Below, piece after piece: positions 8,626 through 17,837 of a DNA stretch of 39,850 nucleotides. Under the pieces are notes generated by a model. It saw only the letters and a program-made list of their open reading frames with translations, was not told where the DNA came from and did no database searches. The translations under genes and the position numbers were made by a program. Origin of the DNA: Anaerolineae bacterium CG2_30_64_16 (GTDB lineage: Bacteria; Chloroflexota; Anaerolineae; CG2-30-64-16); NCBI GenBank assembly GCA_001871755.1, contig MNXL01000093.1, forward strand, positions 1 through 39,850, written 5' to 3'. Positions within the stretch are counted from its first letter, which is position 1. Each line of letters starts with the position of its first letter.

Positions 8626-10224
8626 ATGGATGAACCTGCTGTTGTTCGTATCTTCGATACAACCCTGCGCGACGGTGAGCAGTCACCGGGCGCGACGCTG
8701 AATATCGACGAGAAACTGGAGATCGCCCGGCAGTTGGCGCGTCTGGGCGTCGACGTCATCGAGGCCGGCTTTCCGATTGCGTCACCAGGCGACTTCGAGG
8801 CGGTGCGCCGGGTGGCCGACGAGGTGGGACGGGGCGATGACGCCCCCATCATCGCCGGGTTGGCGCGGGCCAATCAGGCCGATATCGACCGGGCCTGGCA
8901 GGCCGTCAAGGGCGCGCGGCGGCCGCGCATTCACACCTTCCTGGCGACGTCTGACATCCATCTGAAGTACAAGCTCAAGATCAGCCGCGAGGAGTGCCTG
9001 GCGCGAGCGGCCGAGATGGTGGCCTATGCCCGCGGTTTGTGTGAGGACGTGGAGTTCTCGCCGGAGGACGGCGGCCGCTCAGACCCCGAGTTCCTTTATC
9101 AGGTGCTGGAGGCCGCGATCAAGGCCGGCGCGACCACTCTCAATATCCCGGACACCGTCGGCTACACTACCCCGCAGGAGTTCGGCGCGCTGATCGCCGG
9201 CATCCGTGAGCATGTGCCAGGCGCCCGGGATGTGATCCTTTCGGCGCACTGTCACAATGACCTGGGGCTGGCGACAGCTAACACCCTGGCCGCCATCGCC
9301 AACGGGGCGCGCCAGGTCGAGGTGACCGTCAACGGGATCGGCGAGCGGGCGGGCAACACGTCGTTGGAAGAGGTCGTGATGGCGTTGTACACCCGGCCCA
9401 CGGTCTACGGGCTGCGCACCCATATCGACACCACCCAGATCGCCCGAGCCAGCCGCCTGGTCAGCGCGTACACCGGCATTCCGGTGCAGCCCAACAAGGC
9501 GATCGTCGGCGCGAATGCGTTTGCGCACGAGGCCGGCATTCACCAGGATGGCGTGCTCAAGAACCCGTTGACTTACGAGATCATGCGGCCCGAGACGATC
9601 GGCATCACCGAGAGCAAGCTCGTCCTGGGCAAGCACAGCGGCCGCCACGCGTTCCAGACCAAGCTGGCCGAGTTGGGCTACGACCTGAACCCGGAGGACA
9701 TGAACCGCGTGTTCGAGCGCTTCAAGGACCTGTGCGACAAGAAGAAGGTCGTCAGCGATCCTGACATCGAGGCGATCATCAACGACGAGGTGTACCAGCC
9801 GGTGGAGTTGTGGCGGCTCGAGCACGTCCAGGTCTCTTGCGGCACCAGCATGCGCCCCACGGCTACGGTGACGTTGCGCGGCCCGGATGGCATCGTGCGC
9901 GAGGACGCCGCGGTCGGCGCCGGGCCGGTGGACTCGGTCTACATGGCCATCAACCGGATCGTCCAGGCGCCCAACGTGCTCACCGAGTTCAGCATCAACG
10001 CGGTGACCGAAGGGATCGACGCGGTGGGTGAGGTGACGATTCGCATCGAGGGGACCAACGGCGCGCACGGCCGGCACTATGCCCTGAACCCGCAGTTCGG
10101 CCTGCGTCAGCGCACCTACAGCGGCCACGGCGCAGACACGGATATCATCGTGGCGTCCGCAAAGGCGTACATGAGCGCGTTGAACAAGATGCTGAGTGCG
10201 CGCAAAGAGGAAGTCGGCGGCTAG
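8626..10224 (+). CDS. leuA: 2-isopropylmalate synthase
   Basis: 532 aa. [33 protein letters not shown], and a C-terminal LeuA dimerisation/regulatory domain. Confidence 0.92.
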   Translation: MDEPAVVRIFDTTLRDGEQSPGATLNIDEKLEIARQLARLGVDVIEAGFPIASPGDFEAVRRVADEVGRGDDAPIIAGLARANQADIDRAWQAVKGARRPRIHTFLATSDIHLKYKLKISREECLARAAEMVAYARGLCEDVEFSPEDGGRSDPEFLYQVLEAAIKAGATTLNIPDTVGYTTPQEFGALIAGIREHVPGARDVILSAHCHNDLGLATANTLAAIANGARQVEVTVNGIGERAGNTSLEEVVMALYTRPTVYGLRTHIDTTQIARASRLVSAYTGIPVQPNKAIVGANAFAHEAGIHQDGVLKNPLTYEIMRPETIGITESKLVLGKHSGRHAFQTKLAELGYDLNPEDMNRVFERFKDLCDKKKVVSDPDIEAIINDEVYQPVELWRLEHVQVSCGTSMRPTATVTLRGPDGIVREDAAVGAGPVDSVYMAINRIVQAPNVLTEFSINAVTEGIDAVGEVTIRIEGTNGAHGRHYALNPQFGLRQRTYSGHGADTDIIVASAKAYMSALNKMLSARKEEVGG

Positions 10225-10631
10225 GAAGCGGATTCCAGGAGGCGCAAGAACCGGCCAAGCTTGATGATTTGGATGCCTGCGTAGCTGCCCAAATCGAGAA
10301 GGTCATCGTCCTGTGAGACGACGTATTTGCAGTGACCGTCCAGGGCGCACTCGATGAACTTGTTGTCGTCTGGGTCACGCTCGACGACGTTAAGCAGGCT
10401 GGTTACCTGGATGACATCGCAGAGCTCGACCAGGCGCAGCCACCACTCGTACGTGGACTCGTCGGGAAGGTCGAAGTAGGCGCGCAAAGTCCTGACGATC
10501 TCATGCAGGATCGGGTGAGAGGCAACCGCAATGTAGTTGCCCGCCTCTGCGCGAAGATAGAGTTGGTGAGCGGCGCTGCGGCGGAGGATGGCGCCGATCC
10601 AGACGTTGGTGTCAAGGACAGCGCGGGTCAA
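10221..10631 (-). CDS. PIN-domain toxin (paralogue of 4057-4539)
   Basis: [49 protein letters not shown]. It has a TTG start that overlaps the antitoxin stop (TTGA). Its stop shares CTAG with the leuA stop. Confidence 0.8.
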   Translation of the reverse strand: MTRAVLDTNVWIGAILRRSAAHQLYLRAEAGNYIAVASHPILHEIVRTLRAYFDLPDESTYEWWLRLVELCDVIQVTSLLNVVERDPDDNKFIECALDGHCKYVVSQDDDLLDLGSYAGIQIIKLGRFLRLLESAS

Positions 10632-11065
10632 GACCTCCTCCGATCGTGGGCGACGCGCCTCGTGCGGTGCACGGCTTCATCGACGATCTGGTCGAATTGC
10701 TCATCGGTCAAAGTGTCGTAGTCCAGGTCGCGTTCCTTGAGCCATGCGCGCATATGCGTTTCCGTGCGGCGCTCCAGATCGTAGATCGCCGCATCGGGAC
10801 CAAGCCGAGCATAGCGTCTCTCGACCTCTTCCACAGCCAGGGCGGCGCGGGCGAGCTCAGCCGGCGAAGCGCCATCTTGGGCGAGCATGTCGAGATATGC
10901 CTGGCGCAATTCGCCAATGGGGGGTTTGGTCCGCAGCGTCTTAGCGTACCTCACAACCAGCCAGACGTCACGCGGGGAGAGGGCCTTGATGGCCGATGTC
11001 AGTTCTTGTTCGAGCATTTTGTCCATGAATTCCTGCTCCCTGAGGCGTTGGTCTCTGGAGGTCAT
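10628..11065 (-). CDS. putative antitoxin of the antisense PIN cassette
   Basis: The ATG at 11065 ([13 protein letters not shown]...) lies 18-25 nt downstream of a consensus promoter. The gene is translationally coupled to the PIN gene. Its C-terminal motif is shared with antitoxin 3694-4050. Confidence 0.6.
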   Translation of the reverse strand: MTSRDQRLREQEFMDKMLEQELTSAIKALSPRDVWLVVRYAKTLRTKPPIGELRQAYLDMLAQDGASPAELARAALAVEEVERRYARLGPDAAIYDLERRTETHMRAWLKERDLDYDTLTDEQFDQIVDEAVHRTRRVAHDRRRS

Positions 11066-11089
11066 TGAACCCTTCACGGGCTCAAACCG

Positions 11090-11118
11090 ATTATAGGCCA
11101 GATGTTCGGGCCTGTCAA
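11090..11118 (-). promoter_or_regulatory. consensus sigma70 promoter of the antisense TA cassette
   Basis: The minus strand reads TTGACA, a 17-nt spacer (ggcccgaacatctggcc), then TATAAT. It lies between the antitoxin ATG and the leuC RBS. Confidence 0.65.
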
Positions 11119-11139
11119 TCCCGTTTTTACAGGAGGCGT

Positions 11140-12552
11140 ATGCCACGCACACTTTTCGACAAGATCTGGGACGCCCACGTGGTGGCCGCGGAAACAAGCG
11201 CAGCGACGGCAGCCCCGACTGTGCTCTACATCGACTTGCACCTGGTCCACGAAGTGACATCGCCGCAGGCGTTCGAGGCGTTGCGGCAGCGCGGGCTCAA
11301 GGTCCGCCGGCCTGATAAGACCGTAGCGACCGTCGATCACAGCATCCCGACGCACGACCGCGCGCTCCCCATCACGGACGCGCTGGCGGCCAAACAGATC
11401 GCCCAACTGGAGACGAACTGCCGTGAGTTCGGTATCCCGCTGTACAGCATCGGCAGCGATCATCAAGGCGTGGTCCACGTGATCGGCCCGGAGCTGGGGC
11501 TGACCCAACCCGGCATGACCATCGTCTGCGGTGACAGCCACACGGCCACCCACGGCGCGTTCGGCGCGCTGGCCTTCGGCATCGGCACCAGCGAAGTGTC
11601 GCACGTGCTGGCCACCCAATGCCTGTTCCAGGAGAAGCCGCGGAGCTGCGAGGTGCGGGTCGCGGGACGGCTGGGGCCGGGTGTCTCGCCCAAGGACATC
11701 ATCCTGGCGTTGATCGCCCAGAACGGCGTGGGCGGTGGCGCCGGGCAGGTGTTCGAGTACACCGGGGGCGCGATCCGGGCGCTCTCGATGGAAGGCCGGA
11801 TGACGGTCTGCAACATGAGCATCGAAGGGGGCGCGCGGGCCGGGTTGGTCGCGCCGGACGACACGACCTTCGAGTATCTGGCCGGCCGGCCGTTTGCCCC
11901 GCGGGGGACAGCCTGGGAGCGGGCCATGGCGCGCTGGCGGGCGTTGCCATCCGACCCCGGCGCGACCTACGACAAGACCATCACCCTGGATGTGAACGAC
12001 CTGGCGCCGATGATCACCTACGGCGTCAACCCCGGCATGGGGATGCTGGTCACGGGCCGCGTCCCTGACCCGGAAACGGTGCCCGACCTCAGCCAACGCC
12101 GGGCGCTGGTGAAGGCGTTGGACTACATGGATTTGACGCCGGGGCAGGCGCTGCTCGGCCACCCGATCGACGTGGTGTTCATCGGCTCGTGCACAAACGG
12201 CCGCCTGTCGGACCTGCGCGCCGCGGCCGGGGTCTTGCGCGGCCGCAAGGTCGCGGCGGGCGTGCGCGTCCTGGTCGTGCCGGGCTCGCAAGAGGTCAAG
12301 GCCCAGGCTGAGGCGGAACGGCTGGATGTGATCTTCAAGGAGGCCGGCTGCGAGTGGCGGGAGCCGGGGTGCAGCATGTGCATCGCGATGAACGGCGATC
12401 AACTACAACCGGGCCAGTCCGCGGTGAGCACCAGCAACCGCAATTTCGAAGGCCGGCAGGGGCCGGGTGGCCGCACCTTCCTGGCCAGCCCGTTGACCGC
12501 CGCGGCGAGCGCGGTGGCGGGCGCGGTGGCGGACGTGCGGATGATGATGTAG
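11140..12552 (+). CDS. leuC: 3-isopropylmalate dehydratase large subunit
   Basis: The ATG at 11140 follows [21 protein letters not shown] and the aconitase-family Cys motifs ([20 protein letters not shown]). Confidence 0.93.
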   Translation: MPRTLFDKIWDAHVVAAETSAATAAPTVLYIDLHLVHEVTSPQAFEALRQRGLKVRRPDKTVATVDHSIPTHDRALPITDALAAKQIAQLETNCREFGIPLYSIGSDHQGVVHVIGPELGLTQPGMTIVCGDSHTATHGAFGALAFGIGTSEVSHVLATQCLFQEKPRSCEVRVAGRLGPGVSPKDIILALIAQNGVGGGAGQVFEYTGGAIRALSMEGRMTVCNMSIEGGARAGLVAPDDTTFEYLAGRPFAPRGTAWERAMARWRALPSDPGATYDKTITLDVNDLAPMITYGVNPGMGMLVTGRVPDPETVPDLSQRRALVKALDYMDLTPGQALLGHPIDVVFIGSCTNGRLSDLRAAAGVLRGRKVAAGVRVLVVPGSQEVKAQAEAERLDVIFKEAGCEWREPGCSMCIAMNGDQLQPGQSAVSTSNRNFEGRQGPGGRTFLASPLTAAASAVAGAVADVRMMM

Positions 12553-12561
12553 AGAGCGGGT

Positions 12562-12633
12562 TGCGTACTGCGTACTGCGTGAAGGCACTGGCTACAAGGC
12601 GTGAAATCCGCAATTCGCAATCCGAAATCCGCA
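12562..12633. repeat. heptamer arrays (TGCGTAC x3; AATCCGC/AATTCGC x4)
   Basis: Direct reading of the leuC-leuD spacer. Confidence 0.75.
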
Positions 12634-12649
12634 GTGTGGGGAGAGCGAC

Positions 12650-13258
12650 ATGGAACCATTTGGGACACTGACCAGCCGGCTTGTTCCCCTGGCGGCCGAG
12701 AACATCGACACCGACCAGATCATCCCGGCGCGTTTTCTGAAGACCACCGACAAGGCCGGATTAGGCGACAACCTGTTCGCGGATTGGCGGTATGACGGCG
12801 CCGGCAACGCCAAACCGGACTTCATCCTGAACCAACCGGCGGCCCGTGGCGCGCAGATCTTGCTGGCCGGCGACAATTTTGGATGTGGCAGCTCGCGTGA
12901 GCACGCGCCGTGGGCGCTCCTCGGATATGGCTTCCGGGCCGTGATCAGCACCTCCTTCGCCGACATTTTCCGCAACAACGCGCTGAAGAACGGGCTGCTG
13001 CCGGTGGTCGTGGATCGGGACACGCACTGGCAGTTGTTTAGCCTGGTCGAGGAGGAGCCGTCCACAGAGCTCGTGATCGACCTGGCCGCGCAAACCGTGA
13101 TCCTGCCGGACGGCCGGGCGGTCACCTTCCCGATGGAGAGTTTCTCGAAAGAGTGTCTGTTGCAGGGCGTGGACGAGTTGGGTTCTCTGCTGGCTCGGAT
13201 GGAGCAAATCGACGCGTACGAGGCGCGCAGGCCGGACGCGGTGCGGACGGTGGCGTGA
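12650..13258 (+). CDS. leuD: 3-isopropylmalate dehydratase small subunit
   Basis: 202 aa. [14 protein letters not shown] and [17 protein letters not shown]. Confidence 0.92.
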   Translation: MEPFGTLTSRLVPLAAENIDTDQIIPARFLKTTDKAGLGDNLFADWRYDGAGNAKPDFILNQPAARGAQILLAGDNFGCGSSREHAPWALLGYGFRAVISTSFADIFRNNALKNGLLPVVVDRDTHWQLFSLVEEEPSTELVIDLAAQTVILPDGRAVTFPMESFSKECLLQGVDELGSLLARMEQIDAYEARRPDAVRTVA

Positions 13259-13268
13259 ACTGGGAGCA

Positions 13269-13390
13269 GGGGGCAAGGGGCAAAGGCAAGGGGCAAGGGG
13301 CGAAGAGCAAGGGCAAAAGGCTTGGGGCAGATCGGCAAATCGGAAATCGCAAATCCGAAATCCGAAATCCGAAATCGCAAATCGGAAATC
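13269..13390. repeat. about 17 tandem heptamers (GGGGCAA family grading into GAAATCC/GCAAATC family)
   Basis: ggggcaa ggggcaa aggcaa ggggcaa ggggcga ... atccgaa atccgaa atccgaa atcgcaa atcggaa. This is the same family as the 12605-12633 array. Confidence 0.8.
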
Positions 13391-13405
13391 TCCAGGAGGT
13401 TAGAG

Positions 13406-13591
13406 ATGCAACGGGAGAGCATGCAGCAGGCGAACGGGCAGCCCCGCGCCGCGGAGAGCGCGGACGGGCAGCGTGCCAACGGGCAACGGGAGAACGCGCA
13501 ACGGGCTACCAGCCAGGCGGAGCGGGCCGTGATGCATCCGGATTACTCCGATCCTGAGTGGCGCTACTATCACGGCGCGTGGCACAGTTAG
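13406..13591 (+). CDS. small hydrophilic hypothetical protein (61 aa)
   Basis: AGGAGG lies 6 nt upstream of the ATG at 13406. Third codon positions are strongly G/C-biased. The sequence has ANGQ-type internal repeats and an aromatic tail, DPEWRYYHGAWHS. I recognise no family. Confidence 0.35.
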   Translation: MQRESMQQANGQPRAAESADGQRANGQRENAQRATSQAERAVMHPDYSDPEWRYYHGAWHS

Positions 13592-13766
13592 GCGGACGAG
13601 ACTTTATGCCTGTATCACGATTTCATCGGAGGGTGAACTGGGCGACCGATGTGCTCGCGCGCGCGAGTGCTGTCGCCCAGGCGATCGGCGGCTCCGGGGA
13701 CTGATCGCGTTCTGTCGCCGGCCGGAAACCGGCCGCACAAACCCTACTTCAAATCAGGAGCTACCA

Positions 13767-15356
13767 ATGACCCTCATATCTGTCTACGACACCACTCTGC
13801 GGGACGGCGCCCAAGGGGAGGGAGTTTCTTTTTCTCTCGAGGACAAGCTCAAGGTTGCCTTGCGCCTGGACGATATGGGCATCCCCTACATCGAAGGCGG
13901 GTGGCCCGGCTCTAACGCCAAGGACGCCGAGTTCTTCCGCCGCGCCCGGTCGTTGCCCCTGAAGCAGGCGCGCATTGCCGCATTTGGCTCGACGCGGCAC
14001 GCAGACACGCCCTGCGAGACCGACCCGCAGGTGCAGATGCTGCTGGACGCGGAGACGCCGGTCGTCACCCTCGTCGGCAAGACGTGGGATCTGCACGTGC
14101 GGCGCGTTCTGGAGACGACCCTGGAAGAGAACCTGGCGATGATCGGCGACACCGTGGCCTATTTCAAAGCCAGAGACCGCGAGGTGATCTACGACGCGGA
14201 GCACTTCTTCGACGGCTATCGGGCCAGCCGGGAGTACGCGTTGGCGACGGTTCAGGCGGCCTACGCGGCCGGCGCTGCGTACATCGTCCTGTGCGACACC
14301 AACGGCGGGGCCGTGCCGTGGGCCGTGGAGGCGGCCGTCCGAGACGCGCGGCAGCACCTGGACGCGGTCCGAGCCGCGCAGGGGCTGACCTGGCCGGTCC
14401 AGCTTGGAATCCACACCCACGACGACGGCGGCCTGGCGGTGGCCAACGCGTTGGCCGCGGTGCGGGCTGGCTGCACGCAGGTGCAGGGCACCATCAACGG
14501 CTACGGCGAGCGCGTGGGCAACTGCAACCTGTGCACCGTGGTCCCTGCATTGCAGCTCAAGCTGGGGATGTCCTGCCTCTCGACCGAGAATCTGCGGCGC
14601 CTCACCGAGCTCTCTCGTTTCATCAGCGAGACCGCCAACCTGGCCCACGATTCCCGCCAACCGTACGTGGGCGCGAGCGCGTTTGCCCACAAAGGCGGCA
14701 TCCACGTGGCTGCCATCATGAAGGCCGAGGAGAGCTATCAGCACATCGATCCGGCGCTGGTGGGCAATGCGAAGCGGGTCCTCGTCAGTGAGCTGTCTGG
14801 CCGCGGCAACCTGGTGTTCAAGGCCCGGGAGTACGGGCTGGACGCCACCCGGGACGACGTAAAGCAGGTGCTGGAGCATATCAAGGAGTTGGAGAGCCGC
14901 GGCTTTTACTTCGAGGGCGCCGAGGCGTCGGTGGCGCTGATGTTGCACCGGCTGCGCGAGGACTATCGGGCGCCCTTTGAATTGATCGACTTCATGGTCG
15001 TGGTGGAGAATCGCCAGGGACGCGGCATGTTGGCTGAGGCGACGGTGAAGGTCAAGGTCGGCGGTGAGATCGTTCACACCGCCGCGGAGGGAAACGGCCC
15101 TGTCAACGCCCTGGATCGGGCGTTACGCAGGGCGCTTTTGCCGCACTATCCGCAGTTGTCTCACGTGCACTTGACCGATTACAAGGTGCGCATCCTGGAC
15201 GGCGACGCGGCCACCGCGGCCACGACGCGCGTCATCATCGACACGCGCAACACGCACAACTCGTGGAGCACGGTGGGATCGTCCAGCAACATCATCGAGT
15301 CGTCGTGGCAGGCGCTGGCCGACAGTATGGAGTACGCGTTGTTGGCAGGCAGTTGA
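13767..15356 (+). CDS. cimA: (R)-citramalate synthase (LeuA/CimA family, TIGR00977-like)
   Basis: 529 aa. ISVYDTTLRDGAQGEGVSFSLEDKLKVALRLDDMGIPYIEGGWPGSNAKDAEFF is the typical CimA-type N-terminus. It has a C-terminal LeuA-dimer-like domain. Confidence 0.75.
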   Translation: MTLISVYDTTLRDGAQGEGVSFSLEDKLKVALRLDDMGIPYIEGGWPGSNAKDAEFFRRARSLPLKQARIAAFGSTRHADTPCETDPQVQMLLDAETPVVTLVGKTWDLHVRRVLETTLEENLAMIGDTVAYFKARDREVIYDAEHFFDGYRASREYALATVQAAYAAGAAYIVLCDTNGGAVPWAVEAAVRDARQHLDAVRAAQGLTWPVQLGIHTHDDGGLAVANALAAVRAGCTQVQGTINGYGERVGNCNLCTVVPALQLKLGMSCLSTENLRRLTELSRFISETANLAHDSRQPYVGASAFAHKGGIHVAAIMKAEESYQHIDPALVGNAKRVLVSELSGRGNLVFKAREYGLDATRDDVKQVLEHIKELESRGFYFEGAEASVALMLHRLREDYRAPFELIDFMVVVENRQGRGMLAEATVKVKVGGEIVHTAAEGNGPVNALDRALRRALLPHYPQLSHVHLTDYKVRILDGDAATAATTRVIIDTRNTHNSWSTVGSSSNIIESSWQALADSMEYALLAGS

Positions 15357-15444
15357 ACTTCCGGGGTGTCTCAGTCATCGTTTTGCGCTCTATGGCACAG
15401 CCCTCCCTACCTGGCAGGCCCGCTTCGCAGGATTGCCCGCGCCG

Positions 15445-15708
15445 CTGCACTTCGGGGAGGCTTGGCACAACCGCCGGATCGTCAGCCCGCTGAACGCGGC
15501 GCCCCCGGTTGCCGCCATAGGAGTCGAGCCACCTTGAGTTATATCAGTACAGCCCATGCCCCTGGTCCCAGCGTTGACCGGTGAAGTACATCCTGAGCCA
15601 AGCCTGTCCTGAGCCCCGCCGAAGGGCCTGTCCTGAGCCCCGCCGAAGGGTCGAAGGGCGATAATTCGTCTTCCGGCTGCCGGGGTTGTAGCGCGTGTTG
15701 CCGTAGAG
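15445..15708 (-). pseudogene. possible degenerate RHS/YD repeat-associated core remnant
   Basis: Minus-strand translation gives LYGNTRYNPGSRKTNYR ... MYFTGQRWDQGHGLY(stop)YNSRWLDSYGGNRGRRVQRADDPAVVP. This resembles the FTGQxxD..GLYYYxARxYD..GRFxxxD core end, but it is interrupted by a stop and by repeats. Confidence 0.3.
15603..15650. repeat. perfect 24-nt tandem duplication (cctgtcctgagccccgccgaaggg x2)
   Basis: Direct reading. Related partial units (cctgagc...cgaaggg) occur at 15592-15602, 15651-15659 and 15713-15732. Confidence 0.85.
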
Positions 15709-15828
15709 CTTGCCCTGAGCTTGTCGAAGGGGCATGTAACCGAGGCGGCTGCATACTTCTACTGGCGGCCCACTGATGGTGGAGTTGCCGGTCGCCTCAT
15801 GTGGCTCGTGAGGCGACCGGCGCCACAC

Positions 15829-16101
15829 CTAACCGCGCTCGTCGATGGTTATCTTCGTGATATCGTCCGGCCAGGGCTTCAAGCCTTGGAGTCTCTCTAC
15901 GTACCGATCCGAGCCGCGCGTTGTGGTCCAGGAAAAGCGCGTGATGAGATCCTCAGGCGGTCCCGGCTGAACGTAGATGATAGCTGCAATCGCTTGGTTC
16001 ACAGTCATACCAGACGCCTTGCGGGTGATGTGGGCCGTGACCATGAGCCCGCGCTCCGGATACCAGAGTTCCAAATAGGTCCAGATGGCTTCTGGAAGCA
16101 T
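15829..16101 (-). CDS. hypothetical protein (90 aa)
   Basis: Intact ORF, no family recognised. It sits between the RHS-like remnant and the murQ fragment. Confidence 0.35.
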   Translation of the reverse strand: MLPEAIWTYLELWYPERGLMVTAHITRKASGMTVNQAIAAIIYVQPGPPEDLITRFSWTTTRGSDRYVERLQGLKPWPDDITKITIDERG

Positions 16102-16109
16102 GGCATAAT

Positions 16110-16226
16110 AACCGCTGGTGCTACCCTGGCATCCTCCTCGTTGATGAGCGTCACAATCTCCAGCGATGACAGGGTATCAATCGCTGCCGTCCGTGGATTC
16201 CGCGCCTCTGTGGCCGGAACACCTTC
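16110..16226 (-). pseudogene. murQ: N-terminal fragment of N-acetylmuramic acid 6-phosphate etherase
   Basis: Minus-strand translation gives [36 protein letters not shown], which matches the MurQ N-terminus (TE.RN..T..ID..STLE....IN.ED..VA.AV). There is no start codon, and the SIS domain is absent. Confidence 0.6.
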
Positions 16227-16230
16227 TTTC

Positions 16231-16270
16231 CCAATTCACCAATCTACCAATCTACCAACCTCCCAACTCC
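16231..16270. repeat. about 8-nt tandem array (CAATCTAC units)
   Basis: caattcac caatctac caatctac caacctcc caactcc. It overlaps the last codons of the BadF-type kinase. Confidence 0.7.
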
Positions 16271-17181
16271 TTCGCCAGCAACGCTGCCCCCACGGCTGCA
16301 TCGTGGCGAGGCTCGACGACACGCCCATGCGGCGCGACCTCGCTCAACGCAGCGACGACCGTCTCCCACACCAGGTCACGGGCCCGGAGAACGCCGCCCA
16401 GCAACACCACCTCAAAGGCACGGTCACTCATGCCCAGGCCGCGGACGACGGCACACACCGTTTCGCCCAATCGCTGCCCGGCTTCGCGCAGGAGGCCCTG
16501 GGCAACCGGGTCTCCGCTGCGCGCAACCTCACTCACCAGTGGCGCCAACGCGGCCAGTTGGGGCACGCCAAACCCGCCGGCGTAGACCCTTGTCACCAGG
16601 GCATCGGCGCTGGGCAAGCCAAGATGCGACAGAAGCCTGTCCGCCAGGGCCGTGTCCGGCCCCCGGCCATCGTGGGCGCGGACGACAGCCCGCAGCCCCT
16701 CCAGCCCGATCCAGTGGGCGCTGCCCTCGTCGCCGAGCCGGTAGCCCCAGCCGTCGGCGCGCCTTGATTCGCCGCGGGCGTTGACACCGTAGGCGATGGC
16801 CCCCGTACCGGCGATCAGCACTACGCCGTGACGGCGACCAACGCCACCTACCAGCGCCGCTTCGGCATCGTGAGTGACGATTACACTTCGGAAGGGAGCG
16901 ATGTTGGCAAGCATGGCTCGCACAAGCCGCCGATCCTCGGGACGGGCGGCCCCGGCCATACCCAGGCCCACGGCCGTGACGTCGGCTGCCGTCAGACCAG
17001 CGGCGGCCAGGATCCGACGGATCGCCTCCCGCAGCGATGCCTCGGCAACGGCCAGCCCCACGGCATGAACGTTGGACGAACCGCTCACGGTGCGAGCGAT
17101 TTCGTGACTGTTTCCATCCACCAAGACGGTTACCGTTTTGGTGCCACCGCCGTCCATGCCCAGAAAGACATCCTTCGCCAT
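16252..17181 (-). CDS. BadF/BadG/BcrA/BcrD-type ATPase (N-acetylglucosamine kinase-like)
   Basis: 309 aa. FLGMDGGGTKT, LIAGTGAIAYG and GWGYRLGDEGSAHWIG. Confidence 0.8.
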   Translation of the reverse strand: MAKDVFLGMDGGGTKTVTVLVDGNSHEIARTVSGSSNVHAVGLAVAEASLREAIRRILAAAGLTAADVTAVGLGMAGAARPEDRRLVRAMLANIAPFRSVIVTHDAEAALVGGVGRRHGVVLIAGTGAIAYGVNARGESRRADGWGYRLGDEGSAHWIGLEGLRAVVRAHDGRGPDTALADRLLSHLGLPSADALVTRVYAGGFGVPQLAALAPLVSEVARSGDPVAQGLLREAGQRLGETVCAVVRGLGMSDRAFEVVLLGGVLRARDLVWETVVAALSEVAPHGRVVEPRHDAAVGAALLAKELGGW

Positions 17182-17192
17182 TGTCGCTGACC

Positions 17193-17684
17193 TTATGCTG
17201 ATTCTTCGATCATAAGCTGTTGGAAGTTGCGGCCAGGCGTGATCTTGCCCAGCACGACGCGCTGCCCTGCTCCTGTACAGCGGGGCAGGTTGCCCGGCCG
17301 GCCATGGATCGTTTCGTAGGCCAGCACGGCAAAGGCCACCGCCTCTTTGGCGTCGCTGGAAAGGCCGACAGCTTCATGGCTGGTGATGGTGGCAGGGGCC
17401 AGACGCTCGCACAGCATAGCCACCAGGGTCGGATTGCTGGCCCCGCCGCCGCCCCGGATCACCTCGTCGGGCATGTGGGGCAGGAAGCGGCGGTAGGCGT
17501 CGGCGATGGAGGCAGCAGTGAAGGCGGTGAGGGTGGCGACGACGTCCTCGCCGCCCAGTCCCCACGCCCTGGCCCGTGCCCAGACCTCGGCGCCGAAGAC
17601 CGCGCCGAACTGCTCGCGGCCCGTCGTTTTGGGCGGAGATTGGGCCAGGTAGGGGTGGGCCAGCAGCTCTTGGATCGAAAGCAT
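17193..17684 (-). pseudogene. anmK: C-terminal half of anhydro-N-acetylmuramic acid kinase (5'-truncated)
   Basis: LLAHPYLAQSPPKTTGREQFG ... GGGASNPTL ... GRPGNLPRCTGA align to the last ~165 aa of AnmK. The ~200-aa N-terminal half is absent, and a repeat array begins at 17696. Confidence 0.65.
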
Positions 17685-17695
17685 GAGTACTCGCG

Positions 17696-17783
17696 TTGGG
17701 ACGTTGGTAGTTTGGTAGGTTGTGTAAATTGGGGTGGATGCCCCCATTCCCCAATCCCCAATATGCCAATTCCCAATTTACCA
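17696..17783. repeat. imperfect palindrome of TTGGTAG / CCCCAAT-type units
   Basis: The left arm is ttgggacgttggtagtttggtaggttgtgtaaattgggg. The right arm is ccccattccccaatccccaatatgccaattcccaatttaccag. Confidence 0.7.
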
Positions 17784-17837
17784 GTTGACTTGGGCTCGGC
17801 TTCTTGTTATACTATCCTGGAAAGTGAGGTGAGCGCC

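Noticed and set aside
10628-11260. Full 210-aa ORF as the antitoxin, and ORF 11065..12552 as full-length leuC.
   Set aside because: Both N-terminal extensions cross each other and cross the consensus promoter and RBS. Internal starts at 11065 (minus) and 11140 (plus) fit the signals and the family N-termini.
13322-13405. Upstream extension of the small ORF (MGQIGKSEIANPKSEIRNRKSEISRRLE).
   Set aside because: It is a translation of the heptamer array. The RBS supports the internal ATG at 13406.
12592-13479. 295-aa minus-strand ORF across leuD.
   Set aside because: It is antisense to leuD, and both ends are translations of the heptamer arrays (ISDLRFRISDFGFAISD).
13592-13766. GC-rich hairpins upstream of cimA (gggcgac...gtcgccc; cggccgg-aaa-ccggccg) as a riboswitch or attenuator.
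   Set aside because: There is no U-tract, no BCAA-rich leader ORF and no known motif. Evidence is insufficient beyond generic GC-rich stems.
15721-16767. 348-aa plus-strand ORF.
   Set aside because: It runs antisense to the BadF-type kinase and through the scar region, and it has no motifs.
17220-17837. N-terminal 206 aa of ORF 17220..18560.
   Set aside because: This part is antisense to the anmK fragment and crosses the repeat array. Uma2 homology begins only after the ATG at 17838 or 17931.
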